Source of the DNA: Trichodelitschia bisporula
Taxonomy: Eukaryota
Reading direction: 5' to 3'
Assembly: GCA_010356995.1 (NCBI GenBank)
Contig: ML996696.1
Coordinates: 560,364 to 624,363, forward strand
DNA length: 64,000 nt
The notes below the pieces were generated by a model, which worked only from the letters and a program-made list of their open reading frames with translations, made no database searches and was not told the origin of the DNA. Positions 12,482 through 25,036 of the stretch are shown in pieces; the stretch's first letter is position 1; every line of letters begins with the position of its first letter. Position numbers and translations under genes: made by a program.

Positions 12482-14645
12482 CTATCGGCTGGACCGGCTG
12501 AGTGCGAAGACTCCTACAATAACCACCGCAAGAGTGACAATGGCCCCCGGAAGAAGAAGGTCGTTGGGAACACCGGCAATGAGCTGCTCCTCCTGCGGGG
12601 TGTTAGCATGCCCCTTCCGCTTCGCTTTCGCGAAACCGTCATCTTCGCTATCTGAGTCGTCTTCGGCGCGGTGGCGCCTACGGTGAAGAGAAGACTCTGG
12701 GGGGGTCACTGGTTTTACGAGCCCAGGGTGCGGATCCAGTGTAGCCGACATCGGAGGCTTCTCAGGGTCATGAACGAAGAGATCAACCTTATCCCGATGG
12801 CTCTGGCGCGCGAGGGTGATGGCGTCAAGGAGATCGCGGTCTGTTGTGATTGAAACCGTATCCCCCTCGTTGTCCAGGTAGCTGAGCGCGAACCCAGACT
12901 TGCCCAGCTTGCCGTCATCAACATCAGGCATACCGCCGATAGCATCAGCCTCAGCACCCAGCTTCTGGTTCACTGCCGCAACCAGTTCTGCGATTCCCGC
13001 GTCCGCAATGACTTGGAGCCTATGCATGCGTCCGCTCGGCGCCTTGAACTTGAAAGGGAAAGGGGTTGACTCGATGGAGGAGTGAGTACCAGCCACAGCA
13101 GAGTGATCGGGCGTTTCAGCTCCGTTGTGCGAGGCAGAATCATTCGGAAGTACGCTATCGCCCCGGTCTTGCATGCCAGGACGGTGGAGGTCTGGCGACA
13201 TCAGCGAGCGCGAGTCCGGCGCGTGCGACTGGCGTGTGCTGCCATCGCCGGACATGACGGACTCGGTACCATCATCTAGGGACATCCAGAACTTATTCCA
13301 CGCAGGGCCCTCATTGTCTGCGGACTGCATCGAGTTGATCTAATCCCAAATTAGAATAAACTTTGCGCCTAACGCTTCACTTACCTGGTCAAGCGTGGCA
13401 TATGTGAGCTTGAGTACATCCACCATTCCAACGATCTCGCCGGCTTCGCTCATGACAGGCAAATTCAGGTAGTGGCCATCTACTCGTCATCAGATTCAAT
13501 CCATCCAGTACACTTAGATTTCACATACCATGCATCTTGCGCAGCGCAGATTGAATCGTCATGTCCATGGGCGCAAAATCGGGATGGGGAGTCATGACGC
13601 GGACAACACTGCAGGTAGCGGGGTCAAGACCAGCAGCAATGACACGCAGCACAACGTCTTTGCTGGTGAAGATACCCGTGATCTGGCCTTGATCTTGCAC
13701 GAGCAATGCTGTTGTATGGTTTTCCTTCATCAAGGTCGCCGCCTCCTTGACAGAGGTCCGCACGGATACGGTCACAGGAGGCAGCCCAGTAAGAACAGAT
13801 TCAAGGGTCGGCCCAGACATCTTGCTCCGCAGGGCCTCGACGTACTGGATAATCTGTTGTGGCTGGCTGGATCCAAGTTCAGCCTGGACACCTTCAAGTG
13901 CATCGTGCAACTTGCGAGAGGAGCTGTAAGCGCGCTCCAATTTCTCCATCGCATCATAAAAACACTTAGTGATGTCCAAGATGCCAGAAATGTCGTGATT
14001 CTCGTCCATAACTGGGAGGTGGCGAAAGCCCTTCCGAACCATGAGGTCGAGAGCGTCGGTGGCGCTCGTGTCTGTCTTTGCGCAAAGCGGGTTCTTCGTC
14101 ATGATCTCTGCGATCGTCACATCCCTTGCTTTGATGCCAGCCCCGACGACACGGAAAGCCAGATCCTTAGCTGTAAAGATGCCGGCGATGCGATCATCAT
14201 CGTCCGTGACAAGCACGCAGTCCTCGCGCTTCGCCGCCATCAACTGGGCCGCCTCCGCGACGGTGGTGTTCGGCTTGATTTGAAGCGCAGGGCTCGGCCT
14301 CAGAGCCAACACAGAGCCAGGAGGAGCCTTCCTATTCTGACGAGCGCGAGCTGTGGGGTGTTTCTTCTTGTTGAGGTCTGTCTCGATCTTACGGCGGATC
14401 GCCTGTACATATTTGCATTAGCAGGTGGTACATGCCTCCTTCATCACATAGCTTACTTCATCGCGCTTGGACTGCTTCTGTCTGCTGGCACTGACAGCAG
14501 AAGTGCCCACCTCGCTCACCGGAGTAGCCGAGGATTGGGTTCGGTGAGTTTCGTGGGAAGGGCGGGGGATATGTGAGGGAGAGCCATCGAAGGGAATCTG
14601 ACCCCGCCCTTTGGGAGTACCTCTGTAAGTGCCGGTTGCAGACAT
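12482..14645 (-). CDS. CBS-pair plus PB1 domain protein with a C-terminal transmembrane anchor (Mug70-like)
   Basis: CBS repeats (IAGIFTAKDLAFRVV, GFRHLPVMD, ITGIFTSKDVVLRV), a PB1 acidic motif (ALSYLDNEGDTVSITTDRDLLDA) and a tail TM (LLLPGAIVTLAVVIVGVFAL). Three introns. Confidence 0.9.
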
Positions 14646-15210
14646 GGTGTAGGTGTGGAATATTCAGCAGGCGATCGAGGTGATTTGGAGTAGTTCAAGT
14701 GCACCAGCACGCAGTGGTCTCCGAGGAATTTTCGTCAATGCAGGTTGGGACGTTGGCGAAGGAACTTGTCGGGGTGCGGAATGCCACTGGTGGAGGCGCT
14801 CGTAGTGGATTTAACACCGCAATTCGCCTTTGGGCGCTGTCAAACGAGGCGGGATGGGTAGGGTTGAAGTATGAGCCGATTTCTCTGAGGGTGACAGAGT
14901 ACACAAGGTTCTCTGCGGGCGCGGCGGTGTTGCTGCGACTATTTCAAGCAGTGATTCTGTGCTTGTGTTTACCTTACGATCCGGCAGCCTCCATGCCGGT
15001 CCCGAGACCCGCCAGCTCCAAGAAAAACAGGGGGCTGACCATTGGTGGGGGTTGCTTGGCCAGGTGATAAGATAAGATTGACGCCTTCCCCAATGTGGGC
15101 TAGCGGATTCGGCGCACACTGGTGTCGATATTCCTCAGAGAGCCGCAAGCTCACACTCTCGCCACGACAACCACTCTTACTGACTCCTCGATACCAACGA
15201 AAAGCGCCAG

Positions 15211-15263
15211 GTAAGTATTGCACTTTGTATGATCTTGCGTAGTTTTATACTGACGATACACAG
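15211..15263 (+). other. Putative 5'-UTR intron of RPS26
   Basis: CAG|GTAAGT donor, TACTGAC branch site and ACAG acceptor, ending 37 nt before the ATG at 15301. Confidence 0.75.
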
Positions 15264-15300
15264 TTCACGAACTTGCGCTCAATTCCATACCACAGTCAAA

Positions 15301-15834
15301 ATGGTTAAGAAGCGGGCGTCCAAGTGAGTCTAAATTCGATGTACCAGTGGCACGTTCAGTATCACTGATGAACCGAATTATAGCGGTCGCAACAAGAAGG
15401 GTCGTGGCCATGTGAAGCCGATCCGTTGCTCAAACTGCTCGCGGTGCACGCCGAAGGACAAGGCGATCAAGCGCTTCACCATCCGCAACATGGTCGAGTC
15501 CGCGGCTATCCGTGAGTGGTACTATTCCTAACCTGCGACACCTGACTGATCTTTGCCAGGTGATATCTCTGATGCCTCCGTCTTCCCCGAGTACACGGTT
15601 CCCAAGATGTACCTCAAGCTCCAGTACTGCGTGTCTTGCGCCATCCACGGCAAGATCGTTCGGTAGGCTTACTTGTGTTCCAAAGGTGACTGAATATATT
15701 TTAACGTTACCAGTGTTCGCTCCCGCGAGGGTCGTCGCAACCGTGCCCCGCCCCCGCGCGTCCGCTACAACAAGGACGGCAAGAAGATCAACCCGCAGCA
15801 GGCGGCCAAGGTCTCTGCCGGTGCCGGTGTTTAG
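15301..15834 (+). CDS. RPS26: 40S ribosomal protein S26 (eS26), 4 coding exons
   Basis: Spliced translation [100 protein letters not shown]. Not represented in the ORF track because of the introns. Confidence 0.97.
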
Positions 15835-16114
15835 GAACATTAAGTAGTGGGATGATGAATGGGATCAAGATTTCTGCGTCTGCTTAGGCATGGAAATGGC
15901 GTTCACTTGGCTTGTAAACGACAAAGGAAGCTAGCGGATCAAATGGTCTTAAGTGTTTCATGCAGTCTAGCAGGTAGAACTTGAACGAGTTTCTGTCTGT
16001 CCCCATATACCGGTGCCGGGTGCCCATATCCATACGCCAAACGTGATACTGCTACAGATCGCCATATTGCACATGTCATTATCCCGTCATTTCCGCTCGG
16101 TCTCCAGCTTGCAA

Positions 16115-16946
16115 CTACGGCGTGCCTTTGCTCCGCCCATTCGCTTCAGCTTCCTGCGTGCCGGCTGCTTCCTCATCGTCCTCCCAGTCTTCGGCATTTT
16201 CATCCCAGTTGTCCACTTCATCCTCCAGTGATTGCGACGCATCGACGACACCGGTTTCCTGCGCGCCAACGCCCTCGCCCAGTTCGAGGTCGGCGCCCAG
16301 ATCGTCGCCAGGAACCGAAGTGTAATTTTTGGCTTTGCGCTTCCGCTCAAGCATGCGCTTGTGGTACCAGGTGGATAAAGCTACAGCGGCAAGTGAACCA
16401 GCTACATTAGCACCGATGTCGTAAAAATCAAACTCTCTGCCATTCTGTAACTTCGTCAGAGAACCCTTCGTAAATGCGGATTGGACAGTATATACCGGGA
16501 GAAGCCCCTGGACTATCTCTGAGCCCACCCCGAGGACGAAAGGGCAAACGAAGAGTGTAAGGTTCAAACTCCGGCGCCTACTTGTTTCCACGATCCAGTA
16601 GAAGCACAGCTGGGTTATATCAGTAAATGTGCACTGGTTTACCACTTGCTTTCATACCGTAAGCATAAAGAATGTCACAAAATGGAGCACCTTGTCGCTC
16701 TGCTTGTAGGTTGGTATCGAAGAAGGTGCCAGGCCCAGATACGCTGCGGCAAGCAGCAGGAGCGAGAAGGCGACTGCCGAAATGTTAGCCTCCAGATACC
16801 GTACGGGTTACGTCGGACTAAAGATTAAGTTTGTCGGAGGTGGTCGTAGCCCAGAAGCTGTGGAATGCCCGTCTCCTCCGCCAACAGAAGGTAAGAAAGC
16901 AGTTGCAAAGGTGTGCTTTACCGGTTGGGTATGTTCGGATACGCAT
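16115..16946 (-). CDS. VanZ-like small membrane protein
   Basis: Spliced MRIRTYPTVAFSLLLLAAAYLGL...SDKVLHFVTFFMLTLCFYW...GSEIVQGLLPNGREFDFYDIGANVAG. The DK.LH, E..Q and R.FD..D..AN motifs match the VanZ family. Three introns. Confidence 0.85.
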
Positions 16947-17679
16947 GGTTGTCGAGCGCTACTACGGGGTAAGGCGGAAGGGAGCTTGCGCAGAGGATAA
17001 AGACAGACAACGACAAAAGGCTCAGCGCAGGTCAAGCTGCCGACATCGTTGAGGGGGTTGCCAACGATGGATGTCGGACAGATTGCGGGCTGCGGGAGAG
17101 CGTGGCGCGGTGGAGCACGGCGGAGTTGATAGAGCAGTGTGGAGAACAGTGCGGAGAGAAGCACAAGGGGAAAGAAAATGAAGCTTTGGAACCTTTCGAG
17201 GGGTATTATTGTGAGTTATGGGTGAGGCGTAGCGTAGCTCGATGACAGACTGGGTCAAGCTACAGTACTGGAACTACTGCGTAGACTGCTCTTTACAGTA
17301 CAAGGGTCCCGGCTGAGAGTTTTAGCCAAGACGCAGTTTTTGGTTCCTTAAAAGTTAGGCAGACAATAGACTAGGTGTAAGGCATCTGAGGAGAAAGGTG
17401 CCGAACACCAGGCCAACTCTTGGACGTTCCGACGACATCCCTCCCGTGTCCTGTCTCCCCCCTTCGCCACGGCCCCCCAACCTCATCGAAATTCATCACT
17501 CACAACTCCCATATCGATTCTTTTTCATCGAGAAAACCCGCAGCGACTATCAAGGGACACGTCAACTTCCATGCGACAGCATTTCTATCCGTCCCGGACC
17601 GTCCAACGGCGCACTTTTGGCAGGCGGTGTCGTCTCCTTGCGCGTTGCCAAGACTGACCTTGGGAATAAACCCGTCGCA

Positions 17680-20600
17680 ATGAACGGCTCCAACTACAGC
17701 ACGCACTTGCTTGCGACATCGACGCGCCCACCTCCTTTCGGGCCGCATCGCCTCTCAGCCGCTTCACTCACCGGCCTGCGCTTCCGCACCCCCATCATGC
17801 TCGAACATAGCGCACCCGGATCTGTAGCTGGGAACAATGGCGGGGACTTGACAGACGCCATGACGGAAGACGATCCCTTGATCGCGACTTTCAAGACCCG
17901 CTTCTCGTTGATGGAGACGCGCATCGATGCGCTTTTCAGTGGCAAGGAAACCGACTTCGATGGGTGTGCTGCTGCAGACCCCAACGCGCCGCACCTTGAT
18001 ACCTCCGCCAACCCCGTCGCCAAGTCCACCATTCCCGCAAAGCGAACCGCCAGAGCCATCGATGAAGATGACTATGGGGATGACGATGAAGATGAAGAGG
18101 ACGAAGCACCTCCCCCTCCCCAGCAGTTCAAGACGAATGTCAATCCCGCCACGCGCAACCGCGTCTCGCCTGCCGCTCAGCGCACCCCGCACTTCCCACC
18201 CCCTTCCGACATTCCTCCGCAAGATTCCCCCGCAATGCAGGTCAAAAATGACGAGGATGCGCGCAAGCAAGCGCAAGAGGTCAAGCAGGCCGCCGAAGAG
18301 GCCGCCAAACGCGACTTTCACAGATACTTCTACACGCTGGAGAACGATCGGGTCGCGATGCTGGAGCAACAACGGTTAGACGAGTTAGACCGGCAGGTTG
18401 AGGCAGAAATGTCCGGACAGCAAGGGGGCGACGCAGCCAACGGCGTTGCACCCGGCGCGCAACAAGGTTCGCTCAGCTCGGCTAACCTGGGGGCCTCCAG
18501 TTTGATCATGAAGCACCTCCTCACGCGCATTGACCAGCAACGGAGCAAGGTGAAGGCCAACGACAACCAGCTCCGCCGTCTGATCAGCGAAGTGCGCAAG
18601 AATCGTAGCAAGTGGGCAAGTGAGGAGAAAGTTGGGCAAGAAGAGCTCTACGAAGCAGCCGAACGAGTTCTTCAGGAACTTAAAGCCATGACGGAGCATT
18701 CGGGTCCCTTTCTCAATCGTGTCAGCAAGAGAGAGGCCCCCGACTATTACAACTTTATCAAGTACCCCATGGACATCGGCACGATGATGAAGAAGCTTAA
18801 GAACTTCCAATATAAGTCCAAAAAGGAATTTGTCGGCGACCTTCACCTGATCTGGACCAATTGCCTGAAATACAACACGGACCCGCAGCACTTTCTGAGG
18901 AAGAAAGCACTTATCATGCAGAAGCATACCGACAGACTTGTGGTGCTTATTCCAGATATTGTTGTGCGAGATCGTGCTGAAGTTGAGGCTGAAGAGCGGA
19001 GGAACGCTAGTCTGGATGCAGATCTAGATGGTATCGAAGATAGCGACGAAGAGGTCCCCATCATGGCATCAAGGGGCCGAAAGGCTCCTAGCAAAGGAAA
19101 GAAGGGCAACACTGCCAACCGAAAAGCCCCCCCAACCATTCAAGAAGGAACCCCTGGGCTTGAGAGCAAGCCGCTGTTAGCGTCCTTAGGATCTTCTTCG
19201 AACTTTCGAAACAGCTCTCTGCGCGCTGAATCTGATGCTCCAATGGAAGGCAATTCAAATGGATTCGTCACTCCACCGCCCGGGACTATCACGCCAAACG
19301 GGCCGAACGGTGTCAATGGAACTGCAAATCATGCGGACCCTTCTGATGCCGATGGTGCCAGCAATCCTGGTCAAGACGTGACATCCGAGGACCCTGCTGT
19401 GGAAGATCTCGACTATCGTACCTGGAAGCAAGTCACCAAAAAGGCCAGAGCAACCGCTGCAGCGGAACGCAACCAGCTTTTTCGTGGTAACCGCATTAAC
19501 CCCGATGCCCCGGCTCTTCTGCGTTCGAGGGCAGGCATGCGTCGGTGGATGCGGCAGCAGAAGATTCTTAATGAAGAGGACCCATCTGCCGACCCTTCCT
19601 CGGCGGAGACGAGCAAAGAGACGCTTCCTGCAACGGGCGAATCCCTTGCCGAAGGTATTGAAGAGGAAGATGACACCCTGTTGCCCGATTATTACGACCC
19701 GGTTTCGGCCATCCCAGATATTGATGACCGTCTCAAATGGGAAAACGACTCGGAAGGCAACATCATCCTCCGTGCTGAAGAGTGCTTTCATATCGTGCCG
19801 AAGGAGCAGTTTGTGGCGCGTGAGAGCATTTTGACCAGAAAGATGGATGCGAATATGCGGCAGATGCAGGATACTCGCAAAATCGTCGCTAAGATCGGCA
19901 TCGTGAAGCAAATGCAGCTTCAATCACAAGTGAGGCTTGCTCCACTTTCGACTCTAGGAGCTCCTTGACTAATGATGCCTCTAGATGTACCAAAATCAGT
20001 TCCCGAAATACCAGCCACTGCCCTTGGCGGAAGCCGACGTCGAGCCGATGGTTGTTACTGACGACGGCCCATTTATGGCTCCAGTCTTGTGTCGTTCTGC
20101 CCTTCAGCGGACTGTCTGCAAGATTTTCTATCATGCCGGTTTTGAAGAATGCCAGCCAGCTGCACTCGAGGCGATCACCGACCTTGCAGGCCACTACTTC
20201 AAGAACCTTGCTCAGTCTCTTAAGGTTTATACAGAAGCTCCTAAAGTCAGGCAAGCTGGTGTGTCGACTACCAGCGGTGAGCCTGTTTTCCAACGCAGGT
20301 TTAGCTTTGAGGAAAGTGTTTTGCACACTCTCAATCAGAACGGTCATGACGTTGAGGCGCTTGAAAGTTACGTCAAGGAGGACGTTGAGCGTGTGGGCAG
20401 TAAGCTTAGTGTGATGCATGAGCGTATGAAGTCGCATCTAGCCGAGCTTCTGGTTAGTACAGTCAATCCCGTAAATCTCCTCCAAGTACTTACATTGGCA
20501 GCGTCCTGCTCTAGACCCTGCCGCTGGTTCGGACGGCGTTGGTGCATTCAATGACAACAGCGAGCAGTTCATCGGCGGAGATTTTGCGGAGGACATCGGT

Positions 20601-21200
20601 GAAGACTTCTTCGGTTTCAAGGAGCTGGGTCTCGACAAGGAATTTGGTCTGGCGTCTCTCAGCGTCCCTCTACATCTTCTCCAAAACCGTGTGTACGGCG
20701 CTCACCAGGCTCAAAACACCAGGTATGTGTGGTCCGTTAAATGTCGTGGTGACTCCCTAATAGTCAACAGTTCTGCTGCTATACCCGGTATTATCATGGA
20801 TCAGCCTGCTCCCTTCGAGCCCGTCACGGTGGAGAACATCTCTAGGGAAATTGGCATCGTTCAGGACTTCTTCCGCGCCAGGCTTGCTGCCAACGGTGAT
20901 CAACCGCTGGTTGAGGATGACGACCTACCCGCCAAACAACGCTTCCCAAGGCCACGTCTCCCCCCCACGGGCAAGATTAGTTCGCCGCGCAAGCGGCCTC
21001 TGCGAGAACAACAGCAAATGGCGAAGAAGAAGCGCAAGATGGAGGAGGGCAAAGAAGAAGCAGGCAGCGGCAATTCCAAGCCGTTTGCGAAGCCAGCCGG
21101 GAAGTTGCGACTCGAGATGCCTCCACCGCGGGAACCCGTTGCGGAACCCGAGAAGGGTGAGGACACCGTGGAGCAACTGATGAGTCCGGAAAGTATGTAG
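17680..21200 (+). CDS. SPT7: SAGA complex bromodomain subunit Spt7
   Basis: [22 protein letters not shown], then a bromodomain ([36 protein letters not shown]), a histone-fold region (FYHAGFEE) and [25 protein letters not shown]. Three introns. The start codon is uncertain. Confidence 0.93.
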
Positions 21201-22506
21201 GATGTATGAGCCGCCCTCGTCCGTCCGGCACATTTCCCATGCTTTCAGTATCGATTTTCCGGTTGCTGGCTTCAGTGTTTTCGAACTGTGCCGAGTTTCT
21301 CTGCGGATTCCGTTTGTATTCGCTATGTACATAGGGGTGTTTCTTTATGCGTTTGATGCAAGCATGGCCGTCTGAACTTTGTGGCTGGATTTGAACACAA
21401 GCGGGATGTTAGTCGGGTCGTTGGGAGTGTGGCGTTTACGGCCTTCGATACCACAGGCTGCTGGGAGGATTCCATACCCAGAGGGCAGGTCAGGGCATTT
21501 GTGCATACGGCGTGGTCTTCTGTTTATATGTGGGTTGAGCAGCCGTGCGCTTCAGGAAATACTATGGCGCAATGAAACAGACGGTCAAGTCGAGTCGAGG
21601 AGCGAACTAGAGCTCATGTATTCCGTTTATCTATTGCCCGTAACGCGTGCCTTGCACTAAAACCGGATGATATGAGCATACGCGGTGGAAGGGAAAGGCA
21701 TTTTGTGTAAGCCGCTTCCTCGCTTCTCGACCGACAGGTCCGCCCCGTGGTACACCTACGACGAGCGAGAGGTATGCCTGAACTTAGAACTGGTCTTCGC
21801 GTACACCTAAGGGCCAGGACTGTGCCTAACGAGTTGCAAAAAAAAAAGGGTTGCTTCGGGCTAATGTCCTTTCCTTAAGTCCATTATATGTAACGCATTT
21901 GTTTTCCACTGCGTGGTGAGGTCAATTTAGGCTGCCGCTATGTTGCTCACGACGATCAATTCCACTCTCTCCGCCGTGACGCTTCAAATTTCCTGCATAC
22001 CCATTCCGGTATTCAGCGCGTCTTCACTCTACAGTAACATTTAGGGAATAGACTAGGAATGACATCCACAGCGCATAGCGAGCAGGGACAGATATCGAAG
22101 GTTCCATCCTTGCTTCAGGGTCAGCAAAATTGAGGGTGTTGATAGGTGTCTCGCAGGAACGGAAAGCACGGCTTCTCTTCGTCATAACGCCCCCTAGAAT
22201 ACCAAACTTCGTCGAACCTCAGCCCCGAACCTCCGATCACGGAGCTGGAATCATGGAAATGGCGTGCTAGCCATATACAATTTTTTTTGGCCCACAGTGA
22301 TGGGTCCTAGAGCGCTGAGTATATCTGTGGGATGGAGGTTGACCATGTTAACATTTCCTACTCATCCTCCACACCTTCTGACCTGCCTCAACACCTCGTC
22401 TTGGGATGCCTTTCGAGTTCCCTTGACCCACATATATTACCACAGTACATTCTCTCCCCAAGAATCAGGTGCTTATTTTTGGCTTGGTTAACCTACCCCC
22501 GGATCC

Positions 22507-24102
22507 ATGGCATCTGGAGACCCGCACGTAATGGAGCCGGCAGGCAATGCGGCATCCGACTTCCATACCGCCCGGAGATCAAGCCCTCCTCCCTACGATA
22601 GCGAGTCCGAGAACGCAGGAAGAGATGCCGAGAAGCACGAGCTGTCTAAGCAGGTCAACCTCAGCCCGAAATGGCAGGATCCCTTCGCCGACGAGGCGAA
22701 CGCGGAGGTGAAATACCGGTCGATGGACTGGTGGCAGGCCGCTGCCCGTATGTCTTCCCGTCGTGTTGCGGAAGCCTTCTGATGAGAAGCAGTTATGATT
22801 GCCGAAACTGTCTCGCTGGGCATACTATCCCTCCCCTCTGTGCTCGCGACCGTCGGCTTCGTGCCCGGCATCATCCTCATCGTCGGCCTCGGCGCACTGG
22901 CAACGTACACGGGCTACGTCATTGGCCAGTTTAAAGCTGCGTACCCGCACGTAGGTCTCCGGAGTCGATCATCTCATGCAAAAGCTAACGGCTAGCAGGT
23001 GGTCAACATGGCCGATGTAGGTGAAGTCATGCTCGGGGCGTGGGGGCGCGAAATAGGTGGCGCCTCGCAAACCATCTTCCTGGTCTTCGTCATGGGTTCT
23101 CATGTTCTAACCTTCAACATCGCCATGAACACAATCACCCAGCACCGCGCCTGCACGATCGTATGGGGCGTCGTGGGGCTCGTGCTGTTGTGGGTGTTAA
23201 CGTTGCCTCGCACGCTGAAGAAGGTCTCGTACCTATCCATCGTCTGTAAGCCGCCTCCCAAAAAGCGTCTGAAAATCAAGAGAAAAAGGACTAACATTCC
23301 CCTCCCAGCATTCATATCCATCATTACCGCCGTGCTGGTCACAATGATTGGTGTTGGCATCAAACCCGTCCCTGACCGCAGCGTACAAGCCTTCACCACT
23401 CCCGCCTTCGTTCCCGCCTTCCTCGCCGCCGCAAATATCATCTTCGCCTTCGCAGGACACGTCGCCTTCTTCTCCTTCATCAGCGAGCTCAAGACCCCAG
23501 AACACTTCCCCAAGGCCCTGTACCTGCTCCAGGTTGTCGATACGGCTATGTACGTCCTCGCAGCCGCGCTGATCTACGCCTACACTGGATCGAAGGCCGC
23601 CAGTCCCGCCCTCGGCAACACCGGGCCGACCCTTCGCCGCATCGCGTACGGCCTCGCGTTGCCCACCATCATAATCGCCGGCGTGATATACGGACATGTC
23701 GCCAGCAAGTACATTTACGTGCGGATGTTCCGCGGGACCAAGCACTTGTCGTCGCGGACATGGTTAGCGCAGGGTTCGTGGGGTGGGATCACGTTGGTGC
23801 TCTGGGTTCTCGCATGGGTGATCGCGCAGAGCATTCCCAACTTCAACCAACTGATCGGACTGATCACTTCCATATTTGCCAGCTGGTTTACGTACGGGTT
23901 GAGCGGTGTTTTCTGGCTATATTTGAATAAGGGCCATTGGACGGCGGGGTGGAAGAAGAGTGCGCTGACGGCGTTGAATTTGACGATTGTCGCTCTCGGC
24001 GCGGTGATTATGGCGCTTGGGCTTTGGACGAGTGGTGTTTCGATTGCGAATGCCACGAATGGGAAGGCGTGGAGTTGTGCGGATAATGCGGTGCATATCT
24101 GA
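22507..24102 (+). CDS. Neutral amino acid permease (AAAP/Aa_trans family, Neurospora Mtr-like)
   Basis: VKYRSMDWWQA..MIAETVSLGILSLP and NIIFAFAGHVAFFSFISEL..P..FPKAL, with many TM segments. Three introns. Confidence 0.92.
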
Positions 24103-25036
24103 GGGTAGTGTTAGTGATTTGGAGTCTGCATCATTCGGGAGTTTGGAGGGTTAGAGGATTTGATTGGTTTAGAACGTGAACATTGGAGCTTGTGGCATCC
24201 CACAGAACGATTACCCCGGCAGCTCGGAGGGAAGATATCGTGATTATGCATGAGAATATCACAGCTGAAGCACGAATTTTGGGTTATTTTTGTCATTTCA
24301 AGCTACCTACTGTCTCGTAACATGGATCGCGACGTCAGTTCAGACACCAAGCCGCGGATCCGGTTGCAAGCCACTCGAAATATGGACCCAAGGTTTTTTT
24401 TTGGCTGTTTTATGGTTTAGCGGTTTATTGTCCGAGCCACTATCGCTCCGTGAAGGAACACACTCGGTCTGATGTGGTCCTGGTACGCAGGTGATCGAAA
24501 AGTTGCAAGGCGTGTGGGATGTGGATCAGAGATAGATGGAGTTCAGATGCAGAATGAGCTTTCTGCGAGAGCCGTATAAAGTGGTCGTCGTCAGTCCGAG
24601 GGGTAGAGGAGTGGAAGGGATAAAGGTGTTGAGCATGGGGATAGTGAAAAGCTGTAAGGTCGATGTGAAACCAAGGGCGATGAATAGCGCGAGCCATTCT
24701 ACCCAAGTATCTGGACCAGCAAGCCGTTCATGCAAAGCCCAGAGAAGGGGAACCGTGCATATCGTACAGATAGGAAGCTGCCGACCGTGTGTCGGAAGTG
24801 TCCCTTGCGAAAACTGATGTGCCGCGATGTCGCCGATCGCCGAGCACCGATAAGGATAAACAAATGCGTATGCTGCCACCTCATGATGACCTTTTCCGGA
24901 TAGCGAACCATCATCCGTGGGAATCATGAAGCCAGCAATGTCTCCACTTCAATAACGCCGAAAACACCGAGAACACCATTGGCCCAAATACAAGACCTCC
25001 AAATCGCAAGGCAAAACTCCAGAACCCGAGAGCACG

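Noticed and set aside
16115..16946. VanZ-like gene as horizontally acquired antibiotic resistance
   Set aside because: It has three spliceosomal introns and sits among housekeeping genes. VanZ-like proteins are widespread in fungi.
17398..17679. GTG-initiated N-terminal extension of Spt7 from the ORF track, and likewise 59626 for Jjj1, 34503 for DopA and 12142 for Kap121
   Set aside because: These read as UTR or promoter sequence, and downstream ATGs give family-typical N-termini.
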